Source: Clostridia bacterium
GTDB lineage: Bacteria > Bacillota > Clostridia > Christensenellales > QALW01
Reading direction: 5' to 3'
DNA length: 64,000 nucleotides
Assembly: GCA_017502165.1 (NCBI GenBank)
Contig: JAFVVO010000005.1
Location: 10,705-74,704, forward strand
The position numbers and the translations under genes are program-made. Every line of letters starts with the position of its first letter. The first letter of the stretch is position 1. The notes below the pieces were generated by a model that was not told the origin of the DNA, did no database searches, and saw only the letters and a program-made list of their open reading frames with translations. This document shows positions 43,578 through 53,123 of the stretch, in pieces.

Positions 43578-44972
43578 TTAAAGAATTTCAGAAACGGAAA
43601 CGTCAATATCAAGAGGCGTGCCGCCCTCTGCCGCTTCCTTTCTCTTTTTGAAGAAGTTCATTGCTACCTGAGGGAACAATGCGTATGAAAGCACGTCTTC
43701 TTCCTGAAGCATATAATCCTTGATTTCTTCCTTTAAGGTTTCAAGCTCGGGCTTAAGAGCGTCGGCAGGTCTGCCCGTAATAACGGGAGTATCCCCGATG
43801 CACTTTTTGCGTACTTCGGGATTAACTTCTGCAGGAAGCTGACCGTATTCGCCTGCTAAAAGGCCCTTTGATTCCTTTGTAACCATCTTGTATCTTTCGC
43901 CGCAAAGCACGTTGAGAACTGCCTGAGTGCCTACAATCTGGCTTGTGGGAGTTACAAGGGGAGGATAACCGAAGTCCTTACGAACGTTGGGAACCTCTGC
44001 CAAGCATTCCTGAAGCTTATCTGCCTTACCTGCTTCCTTAAGCTGTGAAAGAAGGTTGGAGAACATTCCGCCGGGTACCTGATACAAAAGGGTGTTAATG
44101 TTTACTGCAAGTACCTTGGGGTCAAGAATCTTATCTGCCTTAAGTCTATCGGCAACGGTTTTGAAGTATTCACTTGCCTGAACAAGCTTATCAAGCTCAA
44201 GGCCCGTATCATACTCGGTGCCTGCCAAGGTTGCTACCAAGGATTCGGTAGCCGGCTGGCTTGTGCCGTTTGCAAGGGGAGAAAGTGCAGTATCAACGAT
44301 ATCTGCGCCTGCTTCGATAGCCTTCAAAATAGTCATATCACCGATACCGCTGGTATTGTGGGTATGAAGGTGGATAGGACATTTAACAGTTTTCTTAAGT
44401 TTGGAAACAAGCTCGTAAGCGTCATAAGGAAGAAGCAAGTTAGCCATATCCTTAATACAGATGTTATCTGCGCCCATTTGCTCCATCTGTTTTGCAAGGT
44501 CAACGAAATAATCTGTTGTATGAACAGGGCTGGTGGTATAGCTCATAGCAAGCTCTAAAATACCGCCGTATTTCTTTACGCTCTTTGCCGCCTGCTCCAT
44601 ATTGCGCAGGTCGTTAAGTGCGTCGAAAATACGAACAACGTCAATTCCGTTTTCGATACTCTTCTGAACGAACTTATCTACAACGTCGTCAGCATAATGA
44701 CGGTAGCCTAAGATGTTCTGTCCGCGAAGGAGCATCTGCAATTTTGTGTTGGGCATAGCCTTGCGCAGTGCGCGAAGTCTATCCCAAGGATCTTCATTCA
44801 GGAAGCGAAGGCAGGAATCGAAAGTTGCTCCGCCCCATGCTTCTAATGAATAATATCCGATACTGTCAAGTATTTCGCAAGCAGGAAGCATCTCCTCTAT
44901 GCGCATACGTGTTGCCGCTTGTGATTGATGAGCGTCACGTAAAATGGTATCTGTAATTAAAACCTTACCCAT
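43578..44972 (-). CDS. oadA: oxaloacetate decarboxylase alpha subunit (carboxyltransferase, no fused biotin domain)
   Basis: 464 aa with the HMGL-like TIM barrel motifs ITDTILRDAHQS and HLHTHNTSG. Confidence 0.85.
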   Translation of the reverse strand: MGKVLITDTILRDAHQSQAATRMRIEEMLPACEILDSIGYYSLEAWGGATFDSCLRFLNEDPWDRLRALRKAMPNTKLQMLLRGQNILGYRHYADDVVDKFVQKSIENGIDVVRIFDALNDLRNMEQAAKSVKKYGGILELAMSYTTSPVHTTDYFVDLAKQMEQMGADNICIKDMANLLLPYDAYELVSKLKKTVKCPIHLHTHNTSGIGDMTILKAIEAGADIVDTALSPLANGTSQPATESLVATLAGTEYDTGLELDKLVQASEYFKTVADRLKADKILDPKVLAVNINTLLYQVPGGMFSNLLSQLKEAGKADKLQECLAEVPNVRKDFGYPPLVTPTSQIVGTQAVLNVLCGERYKMVTKESKGLLAGEYGQLPAEVNPEVRKKCIGDTPVITGRPADALKPELETLKEEIKDYMLQEEDVLSYALFPQVAMNFFKKRKEAAEGGTPLDIDVSVSEIL

Positions 44973-44984
44973 ATTAAACCTCCG

Positions 44985-46232
44985 TTAAGTATAGATAGCA
45001 AGTAACACGCCTGCAGCAACTGCAGAACCGATAACACCTGCTACGTTGGGACCCATTGCGTGCATCAAAAGGAAATTCTTGGGATTTGCTTTCTGTCCTT
45101 CCTTTTGAGAAACACGGGCCGCCATAGGCACTGCAGAAACACCTGCCGAACCGATGAGAGGGTTGATTTTTCCGCCTGTAAGAACGCACATAAGCTTGCC
45201 TAAAAGTATGCCTCCTGCAGTTCCAAGGCAGAATGCCGCCAAGCCCATAATGATAATTAAGCCTGTTTCCATATTTAAGAAGCTTTCGCCCGTTGCAGTT
45301 GCACCAACTGTGATGCCAAGGAAAATGGTAACGATATTGCAAAGCTCGTTCTGAACGGTTTTGCTTAAACGCTCCGTTACGCCGCAAACGCGCAACAAGT
45401 TTCCGAACATAAGGCTACCAATCAAAGGTGCTGTTGAAGGCAAAATAAGAATAATGATTGCCGCAGTTGCAATGGGGAAAATTACAAGTTCACGCTTGGA
45501 AACAGGACGAAGCTGTTCCATAACGATTTCCCTTTCCTTCTTTGTTGTAAGAAGGCGCATAATGGGAGGCTGAATAATAGGAACAAGCGCCATATAGGAA
45601 TATGCGGCAACTGCAATAGCCGCAAGACGATGAGGTGCTAAAATTGAAGTAACTAAGATAGCAGTAGGTCCGTCAGCACCGCCGATAATACCGATACTTG
45701 CCGCTTCTTCGCCCGTAAAGCCCGCAAGACCTGCAACAATGAAAGTTGCAAAAATACCTACCTGAGCTGCAGCGCCTAATAAAAGGCTCTTGGGATTTGC
45801 GATTAAGGGTGCAAAGTCGGTCATAGCGCCAACGCCCATAAAGATAAGGCAGGGATAAATGCCAAGCTTAACGCCTAAGTACAAGTAATCGAACAAGCCT
45901 GCTTTTACAAGCTCTCCGTCAACCATGGCACCGTGGCCGTTAAAGCACGCCCAGTTAACCTCACCGTTAGCAAAGCAGGCGCTGTTGAAAATTTCGCCGC
46001 CGCCGACGTTGGAAAGGAGCATACCCGTTGCAATGGGAACGAGCAAAAGCGGTTCAAAGCCTCTGCCGATTGCAAGGTATAAAAGCACGCAGGCAATAAG
46101 AATCATAACGAGCGTTTGCCAGCCGCCGCCTAAGAAATTGCTGAAAATCTGATATATTCCGCTGTCGGTCCATAAGGTGTTGAGGGTATCAAGCACGTTG
46201 ATAGACCCTGCAGAAAGAGTTACGAAGCCCAT
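44985..46232 (-). CDS. oadB: sodium ion-translocating decarboxylase beta subunit
   Basis: 415 aa polytopic membrane protein with the typical OadB/GcdB/MmdB sequence (GIIGGADGPT, GSAGVSAVPMAARV). Confidence 0.88.
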   Translation of the reverse strand: MGFVTLSAGSINVLDTLNTLWTDSGIYQIFSNFLGGGWQTLVMILIACVLLYLAIGRGFEPLLLVPIATGMLLSNVGGGEIFNSACFANGEVNWACFNGHGAMVDGELVKAGLFDYLYLGVKLGIYPCLIFMGVGAMTDFAPLIANPKSLLLGAAAQVGIFATFIVAGLAGFTGEEAASIGIIGGADGPTAILVTSILAPHRLAAIAVAAYSYMALVPIIQPPIMRLLTTKKEREIVMEQLRPVSKRELVIFPIATAAIIILILPSTAPLIGSLMFGNLLRVCGVTERLSKTVQNELCNIVTIFLGITVGATATGESFLNMETGLIIIMGLAAFCLGTAGGILLGKLMCVLTGGKINPLIGSAGVSAVPMAARVSQKEGQKANPKNFLLMHAMGPNVAGVIGSAVAAGVLLAIYT

Positions 46233-46244
46233 TTTTGCCTCCGA

Positions 46245-46631
46245 TTATTCCATAGCGGCAAGAAGGTCACCGGTGTTAACGGTTGCGCCCTTGGAAACTA
46301 CGCTTGTAATTTTACCGTCCTGAGGAGCTAAGATTTCGTTTTCCATTTTCATAGCTTCAAGCACGCAGATAACGTCGCCTGCTTTAACAGAAGCGCCAAC
46401 TGCAACCTTAACGTCTAAAATAGTGCCGGGCATAGGTGCTTCAATCTTTGCACTGCCGCTTGCAACGGGTGCTGCAGGAGCAGGAGCTGCTGCGGGAGCG
46501 GGTGCAGGTGCTGCGGCAGGTGCGGGTGCTGCTGCAGGTGCGGGTGCTGCTGCAATAGGTGCTGCTTCGCCGGTTTCTTCGATTTCTACTACATATATTT
46601 TTCCGTTAACATTTACATTGAATTTACGCAT
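46245..46631 (-). CDS. biotin carboxyl carrier protein of the decarboxylase
   Basis: 128 aa with the biotinyl-lysine motif EAMKMENEI and an Ala-Pro linker. Confidence 0.88.
   Translation of the reverse strand: MRKFNVNVNGKIYVVEIEETGEAAPIAAAPAPAAAPAPAAAPAPAPAAAPAPAAPVASGSAKIEAPMPGTILDVKVAVGASVKAGDVICVLEAMKMENEILAPQDGKITSVVSKGATVNTGDLLAAME
46466..46560 (-). repeat. low-complexity Ala/Pro-coding repeat (BCCP flexible linker)
   Basis: Iterated GCTGCnGGTGCGGGT-like units encoding [27 protein letters not shown]. Confidence 0.8.
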
Positions 46632-46648
46632 TTTTCTTTCTCCTTTAA

Positions 46649-46999
46649 TTAAGCTTTTTTAATTGATTTGATTTTGAATGAGCCGTTGGGCTTTCCGGTT
46701 GCAACGGAAATTGCTGTGGAAAGAGCGGCTAAAAATTCGCCGTCGTCCTTTGCATTTTCTGCTTCAGGCACGTCTGCCATAACTCCTGCAGAAATGCGCT
46801 GTTCGGGTTTTTGCTCTGCTACGGGTGCATCTGCAGGCTTTGCCTCTTTATTCTCCTTAAGAGAAAAGTGCAAAAGCTCCACAATAACAACCAACAGAGC
46901 GAGCATTGCAAAAACAACACCTACGCCGATTAACGTTACCATTAAGGAATTGTTAAAGCTAAGTTCTGTTCCTGCAAGCAGTTGAAAATTTTGAGTCAT
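46649..46999 (-). CDS. oadG: OadG-family decarboxylase gamma subunit
   Basis: About 116 aa from the ATG at 46999 (MTQNFQLL), which has AGAGGTG upstream. It has a single N-terminal TM helix ([18 protein letters not shown]) and is the first gene of the operon. Confidence 0.7.
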   Translation of the reverse strand: MTQNFQLLAGTELSFNNSLMVTLIGVGVVFAMLALLVVIVELLHFSLKENKEAKPADAPVAEQKPEQRISAGVMADVPEAENAKDDGEFLAALSTAISVATGKPNGSFKIKSIKKA

Positions 47000-47313
47000 C
47001 AAATTCACCTCTTTGTGCAATAAGTAATCAATATTTTGGTTAAAAAACAAAAGAGCACAACAAACGTAATTGTTTTATTACAATAACGTTTGCCGTGCAT
47101 TTTTTACTGATGAAATTGTTTTTTCGGGAAAAACAGAATGTTCGTAAGCCTTATGCTTTACTGCTTTAATATCCATCGTTGCAACAAATTACCCTTCACA
47201 TACTTTTTATGCAAAAGCAAAATAAATTCCGTTATATATATTAACATAATACGCTTATTTTTGGCAACTGTTTTTTTGCCTGTTTTGGATATTTTTTACC
47301 GTTTGTTAACCGA

Positions 47314-48018
47314 TTATTTCAAATCTTCAAGATATTGTATTTCTTTTTCGGTTAAATATCTCCACTCGCCCGTTTTAAGTGCACCTAAAGTAAGTTTTCC
47401 CTGACGGATTCTCGTTAAGTGAAGCACCTTTTTTCCTACCGCCTCAAACATTTTTCTGACTTGGCGGTTTCTGCCTTCGTGAATTATTACGGAAAGAGTA
47501 GTAGTGTGGTCGGTAATTTCCTGAACCTGAACCTTGGCAGGCGCAGTTTTTTCACCGTCAATAATAACGCCGCTTTGAAATTTCAGCACTTCTTCGCGAG
47601 AAATGTCCTGTGCAATAACCGCCACGTATTCCTTTTCGATTTCAAACTTGGGGTGGGTTAAATGATAGGCAACGTCACCGTCGTTTACCAAAAGAATAAG
47701 TCCTTCTGTATGATAATCCAATCTGCCTACGGGGTAGAGACGCTCCTTGGATTCAACGCAATCAAGCACGGTTTTTCTGCCTTCGGGGTCCGAGGACGTG
47801 CTTACAACCTTATCGGGCTTGTTAAGCATTATGTAGGTGCGCTTGCTCGTTAAGGTGAGCCTTTTACCGTCAAGCTCTACCTTATCCCCCTGCTGCACCT
47901 GAGTTCCTAACTGAGTAACGGTTTCACCATTCACCTTTACCCTGCCCTGAAGAATAATCTCCTCACAAGCTCTGCGTGATGCAACGGAGCATTGTGCCAT
48001 AAACTTTTGTAATCTCAT
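47314..48018 (-). CDS. rluB: rRNA pseudouridine synthase (RsuA/RluB family)
   Basis: N-terminal S4 domain (MRLQKFMAQCSVASRR) and the catalytic motif GRLDYHTEGL. Confidence 0.88.
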   Translation of the reverse strand: MRLQKFMAQCSVASRRACEEIILQGRVKVNGETVTQLGTQVQQGDKVELDGKRLTLTSKRTYIMLNKPDKVVSTSSDPEGRKTVLDCVESKERLYPVGRLDYHTEGLILLVNDGDVAYHLTHPKFEIEKEYVAVIAQDISREEVLKFQSGVIIDGEKTAPAKVQVQEITDHTTTLSVIIHEGRNRQVRKMFEAVGKKVLHLTRIRQGKLTLGALKTGEWRYLTEKEIQYLEDLK

Positions 48019-48021
48019 TTT

Positions 48022-49089
48022 TTACCTCAAAAAATTAAAGAATTTCTTTTTAACACTTTCGGAATAAACTAAATCTGCCTGAGTAATCTTTTCACCGTTA
48101 AGATAATAATACTGGTTTCCTGCAACGTCACCTTTATTTACGGGAGCATTTATTCTTTCAGGCAATAGGGTTTTTCCTATAACGCGTTCACCTTTTTTCA
48201 AGGGGTAAAACACATCCTTTCCGTATATTATATCACATTTTTTCATTTTGCCACCAAAAATATCGCAGGAAGCGCAAATTTTATTTTTTTCGGCTAACTG
48301 CACCATAGAATATTCCTCAAAGCCTTTGTTCAAAAGTGCCTTGGAGTCTTCAAACCAGGCGTAATCGTTAAGAACCACGCAAATCAACTGCATACCGTTT
48401 CTCGTTGCAGAGGAGCAAAGACATCTGCCTGCGGCGGTGGTGTAGCCCGTTTTTATTCCGTTTCCTCCTTGAAGCTCACCTAAAACACGGTTTTTGTTGT
48501 GCAAGTACCTGACTCCGTTTTTGCCCGAAATCTGATAGTTCTGAGTAGATACCACCTGCGCAAAGGTTGGCAAATTCATAGCATACGCGCAAAGTTGTGC
48601 TAAATCAAGGGCGGTGGTATAATGGTTTTTGCTTTTTAGCCCGCAGGGATCCGCAAAGTGTGTGTTCTTCAGCCCCATCAGGTTTGCCTTGGCGTTCATT
48701 TTTTCTATAAACGCTTCAGTGCTTCCTGCGGTTAAGATTGCAAGAGCGTATGCGGCGTCGTTTCCTGACGCAAGCATAAGCCCGTAAAGCAGTTCTCTGC
48801 CCGTAAGCCTTTCGCCTTTTGTTAAATAGATTGATGAGCCTTCTATTCCCACCGCTTCTGAAGGAATTTCGTATTCCTTGTCTAAATCGAGATTTTCTAT
48901 AACCAAAAGAGCCGTCATAACCTTGGTGGTGCTTGCCATGGTCATTTTTTTGTTTTCGTTTTTTCCGTAAAGAAGCCTGCCCGTTGATTGCTCAATAACT
49001 GCGTAAGCCGACGCTGAAATGCCTAAGGCTTTGCTTGGCATAGCAAAAAGCAAAAACGCCGCAAGAAATATTGCCGTTATCCTTTTCAT
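48022..49089 (-). CDS. D-alanyl-D-alanine carboxypeptidase (S11, PBP5-like)
   Basis: Signal peptide plus SxxK (ASTTK), SGN (ASGND) and KTG (IKTGYT) motifs. Confidence 0.88.
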   Translation of the reverse strand: MKRITAIFLAAFLLFAMPSKALGISASAYAVIEQSTGRLLYGKNENKKMTMASTTKVMTALLVIENLDLDKEYEIPSEAVGIEGSSIYLTKGERLTGRELLYGLMLASGNDAAYALAILTAGSTEAFIEKMNAKANLMGLKNTHFADPCGLKSKNHYTTALDLAQLCAYAMNLPTFAQVVSTQNYQISGKNGVRYLHNKNRVLGELQGGNGIKTGYTTAAGRCLCSSATRNGMQLICVVLNDYAWFEDSKALLNKGFEEYSMVQLAEKNKICASCDIFGGKMKKCDIIYGKDVFYPLKKGERVIGKTLLPERINAPVNKGDVAGNQYYYLNGEKITQADLVYSESVKKKFFNFLR

Positions 49090-49237
49090 TATTCCTCCAA
49101 ATATAACGTCGTAACCGTAAAATTGCGTTACGTAAAAAAATAGAATCAGCTTGCCGATTTTGAAGATTAAATCAGCTCTGACTCTATTTTGTGTAGAAAC
49201 GCTTATTATATTTTTCTTTTTGTCGGTAATATTTTAC

Positions 49238-49630
49238 TTATTCGCCTTCGGCAAATTCATCCTCCGACGAGCCCAAGTTTTTTATCTGCTCCATTACCTG
49301 CGGTACAAGGTCGATAAGCTTATCGCAGCTGCTGTTTTTCTGAATGGGTAAAAATCTTATTACGTCATTTTTTATTACCAGAAATCCGCTGGGCTTAACG
49401 GAAACACCTGCACCGCTTCCCCCTGCAAAGGGAAAGCTTTCCTTTTTTGTTTGGGAAAATTCGTATTCTCCCCCGCCGGACGCAAAGCCGAAGGAAACCT
49501 GAGATACGGGTATTATCGTTGAACCGTTGGGAGCTATTACCGCTGAACCGATAACCTTGTTAACGTCAATCATTTTGTTAAGATTTTCCATAGTGTTAGC
49601 CATTATGTTTTCAATAGGATGCTTTTCCAT
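49238..49630 (-). CDS. ytfJ: GerW/YtfJ family sporulation protein
   Basis: IIPVSQVSFGFASGGGEY...GGSGAGVSVKPSGFLV is characteristic of YtfJ. The start was set at the ATG at 49630, which has GGAGGTAAG upstream. Confidence 0.85.
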   Translation of the reverse strand: MEKHPIENIMANTMENLNKMIDVNKVIGSAVIAPNGSTIIPVSQVSFGFASGGGEYEFSQTKKESFPFAGGSGAGVSVKPSGFLVIKNDVIRFLPIQKNSSCDKLIDLVPQVMEQIKNLGSSEDEFAEGE

Positions 49631-50114
49631 TTTTCTTACCTCCAAAGATTTTGTAAAGAATTAAAAGTGCTTTGACTAAATTGGTTGATAAAATACATTC
49701 TGCAAATAAATCAAACTGCTTGCAGTCAAAAACGGGGTTAATGTCAAGATTATAATTATTTTTGCTGACGTTTGCCGCAAGAGGCGCCAAAAGACCGAAT
49801 AGCTGACCGCTTATTATTGCCGTCGATGAAGCGTCGGAGGTGCCGATATTGGATTGAACGTTCAGCCTTTTTATTTTTGTGTGTTTTACGATACTATTGA
49901 AAATCCGTGCTTTATCAGGCTTTTGCTTCTTGGGTGAAAACAGTGACGAAACAACCTTTTTTACAGTTATGCCCGTGCGATACAGCCTGACCTTTATTTT
50001 TCCCACAAGCATAAGTTCTGCCTGCAGAGTTAAAGCGTCGTTTTCGGTTTTTGCCGTTAAACGAAAGTAGATCGGCAACAGCAAAATACCAAGTAAAAGC
50101 AAAAAATAAAGCAC
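49611..50114 (-). CDS. DUF2953-like (YtfI-like) sporulation membrane protein
   Basis: 167 aa with an N-terminal TM helix, positioned immediately upstream of ytfJ as in Bacillus ytfI-ytfJ. GTG start with GAGGTG upstream. Confidence 0.65.
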   Translation of the reverse strand: MLYFLLLLGILLLPIYFRLTAKTENDALTLQAELMLVGKIKVRLYRTGITVKKVVSSLFSPKKQKPDKARIFNSIVKHTKIKRLNVQSNIGTSDASSTAIISGQLFGLLAPLAANVSKNNYNLDINPVFDCKQFDLFAECILSTNLVKALLILYKIFGGKKNGKASY

Positions 50115-50185
50115 AGATTTTCACCTCAGTAAAATTCTGCGCTTTTTTTGTTAAATTATACTTGTTTTGAAATTTTAATTATAAA

Positions 50186-51400
50186 TTAAAACTTTCTGTT
50201 CATCAGTCCCCCGATATTTACCGCGTCAACGCCGTATTTTTGGCGGATTGCATCGAGAGCATCTTCTAATTTTTCCTTTTTTTCGTGTTCTTTCTTGCTT
50301 TTGTTCTGATCCGCAAACAAGGAAAGCTGTTCGATGTGCTGAGTGTCGGAAACAAGGTGGGTGCCTGAAATAGTAATAGCTCGGATTTTTCTTGTGGGAA
50401 CAAAAACCGAATAGAGAAGCTCAAGCGCCACAGACGCCAGATCGTGCATAATATTCGTTGCGTAATCAAGGCTCCGTTGCTTGCTTACGCTTGTAAAATC
50501 ACTGTACTTTACGTTTACCGACAACGTGGTGCATTTTACGTGTGCCTTACGCATTCTTGCGGAAAGCTCCTCTGAAACCATTAAAACGCCTTTTTTGATT
50601 TCATCGGCTTCCTTTAAGTCCTTGGGAAAGGTCATTCCATTGCTTACGGATTTAGGTGTGTGGGTGGCGTAAATGCTTTCAACGGGAGAGTCATCAATAC
50701 CGTTTGCGTAATCGTGAAGCACCGCTCCCATTTTTCCCAAATGCCTTATAACCGTATCCCTATTGCTCTGTGCCAAATCTCCAATGGTGAAGATATACAT
50801 TTTTCTTAAAGTTTCGGTTACGTTTCTCCCTGCGTAGAGAAGGTCGGAAACGGGCATCTTCCAAACTAAATCCTTGAAATTTTCGCGGGAAATAACCGTT
50901 TGAGCGTCGGGCTTTTTATAGTCGCTTCCCAATTTTGCCATAGATTTATTAAAGGAAATACCTACCGAGCAGGTAATATCAAGCTCTTCTCTGAAGCGCT
51001 TTCTTATGGTGCGTGCTATATCCTCACCGCTTCCGAACAACAGCCTGCTTCCCGTTACGTCAAGCCAGGATTCGTCTATACCGAAAGGCTCAACAAGGTC
51101 GGTGTAATCTTTATAAATATCGTTGCAACGGGCAGAAAACTCTGCGTAAACCTCATGATGTGGCGCAACGAGAACAAGCTCAGGGCATTTGCGCTGAGCC
51201 TGATAAATAGTTTCGGCAGTTTTAATATTGAATTTTTTTGCAAGCTCATTCTTTGCCAAAATGATGCCGTGACGGTTTTCGGGATTTCCGCAAACCGCCA
51301 TAGGTACGTTTTTAAGCTTGGGATTGAGCACACATTCGCAGGAAGCGTAAAAGGAATTGCAGTCGCAGTGCAATATTACCCTATCCGTATTATTCTTCAA
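50186..51400 (-). CDS. dinB: DNA polymerase IV (Y family)
   Basis: ILHCDCNSFYASCE, SIDESWLDVT and typical length. Confidence 0.9.
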   Translation of the reverse strand: MKNNTDRVILHCDCNSFYASCECVLNPKLKNVPMAVCGNPENRHGIILAKNELAKKFNIKTAETIYQAQRKCPELVLVAPHHEVYAEFSARCNDIYKDYTDLVEPFGIDESWLDVTGSRLLFGSGEDIARTIRKRFREELDITCSVGISFNKSMAKLGSDYKKPDAQTVISRENFKDLVWKMPVSDLLYAGRNVTETLRKMYIFTIGDLAQSNRDTVIRHLGKMGAVLHDYANGIDDSPVESIYATHTPKSVSNGMTFPKDLKEADEIKKGVLMVSEELSARMRKAHVKCTTLSVNVKYSDFTSVSKQRSLDYATNIMHDLASVALELLYSVFVPTRKIRAITISGTHLVSDTQHIEQLSLFADQNKSKKEHEKKEKLEDALDAIRQKYGVDAVNIGGLMNRKF

Positions 51401-51417
51401 AGCTACACCTTAAAAAA

Positions 51418-51915
51418 TTATTTTCTGTACGCCGCCACGATTTTGGCAAAATACAGTCTGTGCATATCACCGCCGGCGTACCAGCGTTCTGAAACGGACG
51501 CATCTAATTCTTCGCCCTTTAAGTCGGAATATCCTAAAATTTTACATTCATAATAAATGTCACATCCGTCGATAACGGGTGTTTCCATAGTTTTTGCGTC
51601 TTTGGTGCTGATATTGGCTTTCTTAAGCTTATCACCGTCTCTGCCGGAGACGGTACCGCAGATTTTAAGTGCTTCGTCAAGCTGCTTGTTAGTTGGAACA
51701 CTGATAGTAAATTCATCGGTATTTTTAAGCATTTCGAAGGTGTAACGGCTGAAACGAATGGGCGCAATAAAAATTTCCTGTCCCCAATACTGACTGAGTG
51801 AGCCCCAGCCGATAGTCATACTGTTAACCTTGTCACCGTTATTTACGGTAAAAAATACGCCTGAGCCTGAAAGCTGCTCTAAGGTTTCTTGTGAAAGTTC
51901 GCCAAACTGATACAT
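51418..51915 (-). CDS. flavin reductase-like domain protein
   Basis: 165 aa with an FMN-binding split-barrel-like sequence (NSMTIGWGSLSQYWG). The assignment is moderate. Confidence 0.6.
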   Translation of the reverse strand: MYQFGELSQETLEQLSGSGVFFTVNNGDKVNSMTIGWGSLSQYWGQEIFIAPIRFSRYTFEMLKNTDEFTISVPTNKQLDEALKICGTVSGRDGDKLKKANISTKDAKTMETPVIDGCDIYYECKILGYSDLKGEELDASVSERWYAGGDMHRLYFAKIVAAYRK

Positions 51916-52046
51916 TACTATTCTCCTTAAACATAAATTCTGTATATATTATATAAAAAATTCATTCTTTAAGCAAGAAAATTATAGCACATTTTGTTTT
52001 TTTGAATCATATAAATTTAATAGTATGTTTTTTAAGGAGGTTTTTT

Positions 52047-53051
52047 ATGCCCGAAATATTCTTGTCACCATCACTTCAACCCTTTAATCCCTACGTTAAC
52101 GGCGGAAACGAGGCGCAGATTATGGGATACTTAGCTGACGCTCTTGAGCCGTATCTGACAGTCAACAACATTGGATATACCCGCTCCCGTTACCCTAATA
52201 CACTTGCTAATGCAATTTCATCTTCCAATGCAGGAAATTACGATTTACACCTTGCCCTTCATTCTAATGCTTCTCCTGAAGCAAGCTCGGGAAGATTCAG
52301 AGGCGTGCAGGCTTATTACTATCCTACAAGCGCGCAAGGCAAGGCCGCCGCTCAGGATTTGGTTGAAGCCATGAAAACCGTGTACCCTGACCCTGACCTT
52401 GTTTATACGGTGCCTTCAACCGTAATAACGGAGGTGCGGCGCACGAAGGCTCCTGCGGTGCTGATGGAAATCGGTTATCACGATAACCTGCAGGACGCTG
52501 ATTGGATAAAGGCAAACATTCAAAATATTGCACAGGCGCTGGCTCAAGGATTAACCGATTACTTTAACCTGCCCTTCTTCCAGGTGTGCGCAACCCGTGG
52601 TGAAGTTATTGCAAATTCCCCGCAGATAAGTACAAATGCTTATGTGAGCGTTTGTACAAACGATGGTTCGCTGCTCAATATCAGGTCTGAGCCTAACCTT
52701 AATTCGCAAATCCTGGGGCAGATTCCTTCAGGCAACAAGGCTTTGCTTTTAGAGCGGCCGAATAATGCAGGCTGGGCAAAGGTGCGGTATAACGTTATTG
52801 AGGGTTATGCTTCTGCAAATTTTCTGTGCAGATGTATTCCTGACACGCAGGCGACTACGGGAGTAGTTACAACGGACGGCGGAAATCTTAATCTTCGTTC
52901 TGCCCCCACGCTTACCTCGAGCATAATCGGCAGAATACCGAATAAAACTGTCATTACCATTTTGGAAACCCAGGGCGCCTGGTACAAGGTTAACTTTATG
53001 GGCGCAACGGGCTTTGTTTTAAGTGATTTTGTAAAATTACAAAGCAGATAA
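52047..53051 (+). CDS. N-acetylmuramoyl-L-alanine amidase (Amidase_3) with two C-terminal SH3b-like repeats
   Basis: LHLALHSNA, VLMEIGYHDN, then two repeats (SVCTNDGSLLNIRSEPNLNSQILGQIPSG and VVTTDGGNLNLRSAPTLTSSIIGRIPN). The start was set at the ATG at 52047, which has AAGGAGG upstream. There is no signal peptide. Confidence 0.85.
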   Translation: MPEIFLSPSLQPFNPYVNGGNEAQIMGYLADALEPYLTVNNIGYTRSRYPNTLANAISSSNAGNYDLHLALHSNASPEASSGRFRGVQAYYYPTSAQGKAAAQDLVEAMKTVYPDPDLVYTVPSTVITEVRRTKAPAVLMEIGYHDNLQDADWIKANIQNIAQALAQGLTDYFNLPFFQVCATRGEVIANSPQISTNAYVSVCTNDGSLLNIRSEPNLNSQILGQIPSGNKALLLERPNNAGWAKVRYNVIEGYASANFLCRCIPDTQATTGVVTTDGGNLNLRSAPTLTSSIIGRIPNKTVITILETQGAWYKVNFMGATGFVLSDFVKLQSR

Positions 53052-53123
53052 TTCACACCCAAGGCACCGCAAGCATAGAATATACTGTACCAAGGATATA
53101 AATATAAAAGAAGGAGGATTTAT

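Noticed and set aside
44974-45387. 137-aa minus-strand ORF in an alternative frame of oadB, and 19532-19939 (135 aa) inside purL
   Set aside because: Both lie fully within strongly conserved genes in another frame. They have an Arg/Cys-rich or otherwise odd composition and no independent start signals.
50900-51553. 217-aa plus-strand ORF
   Set aside because: It is antisense to dinB and the flavin-reductase gene, both with clear family motifs. It has no SD and a low-complexity translation.
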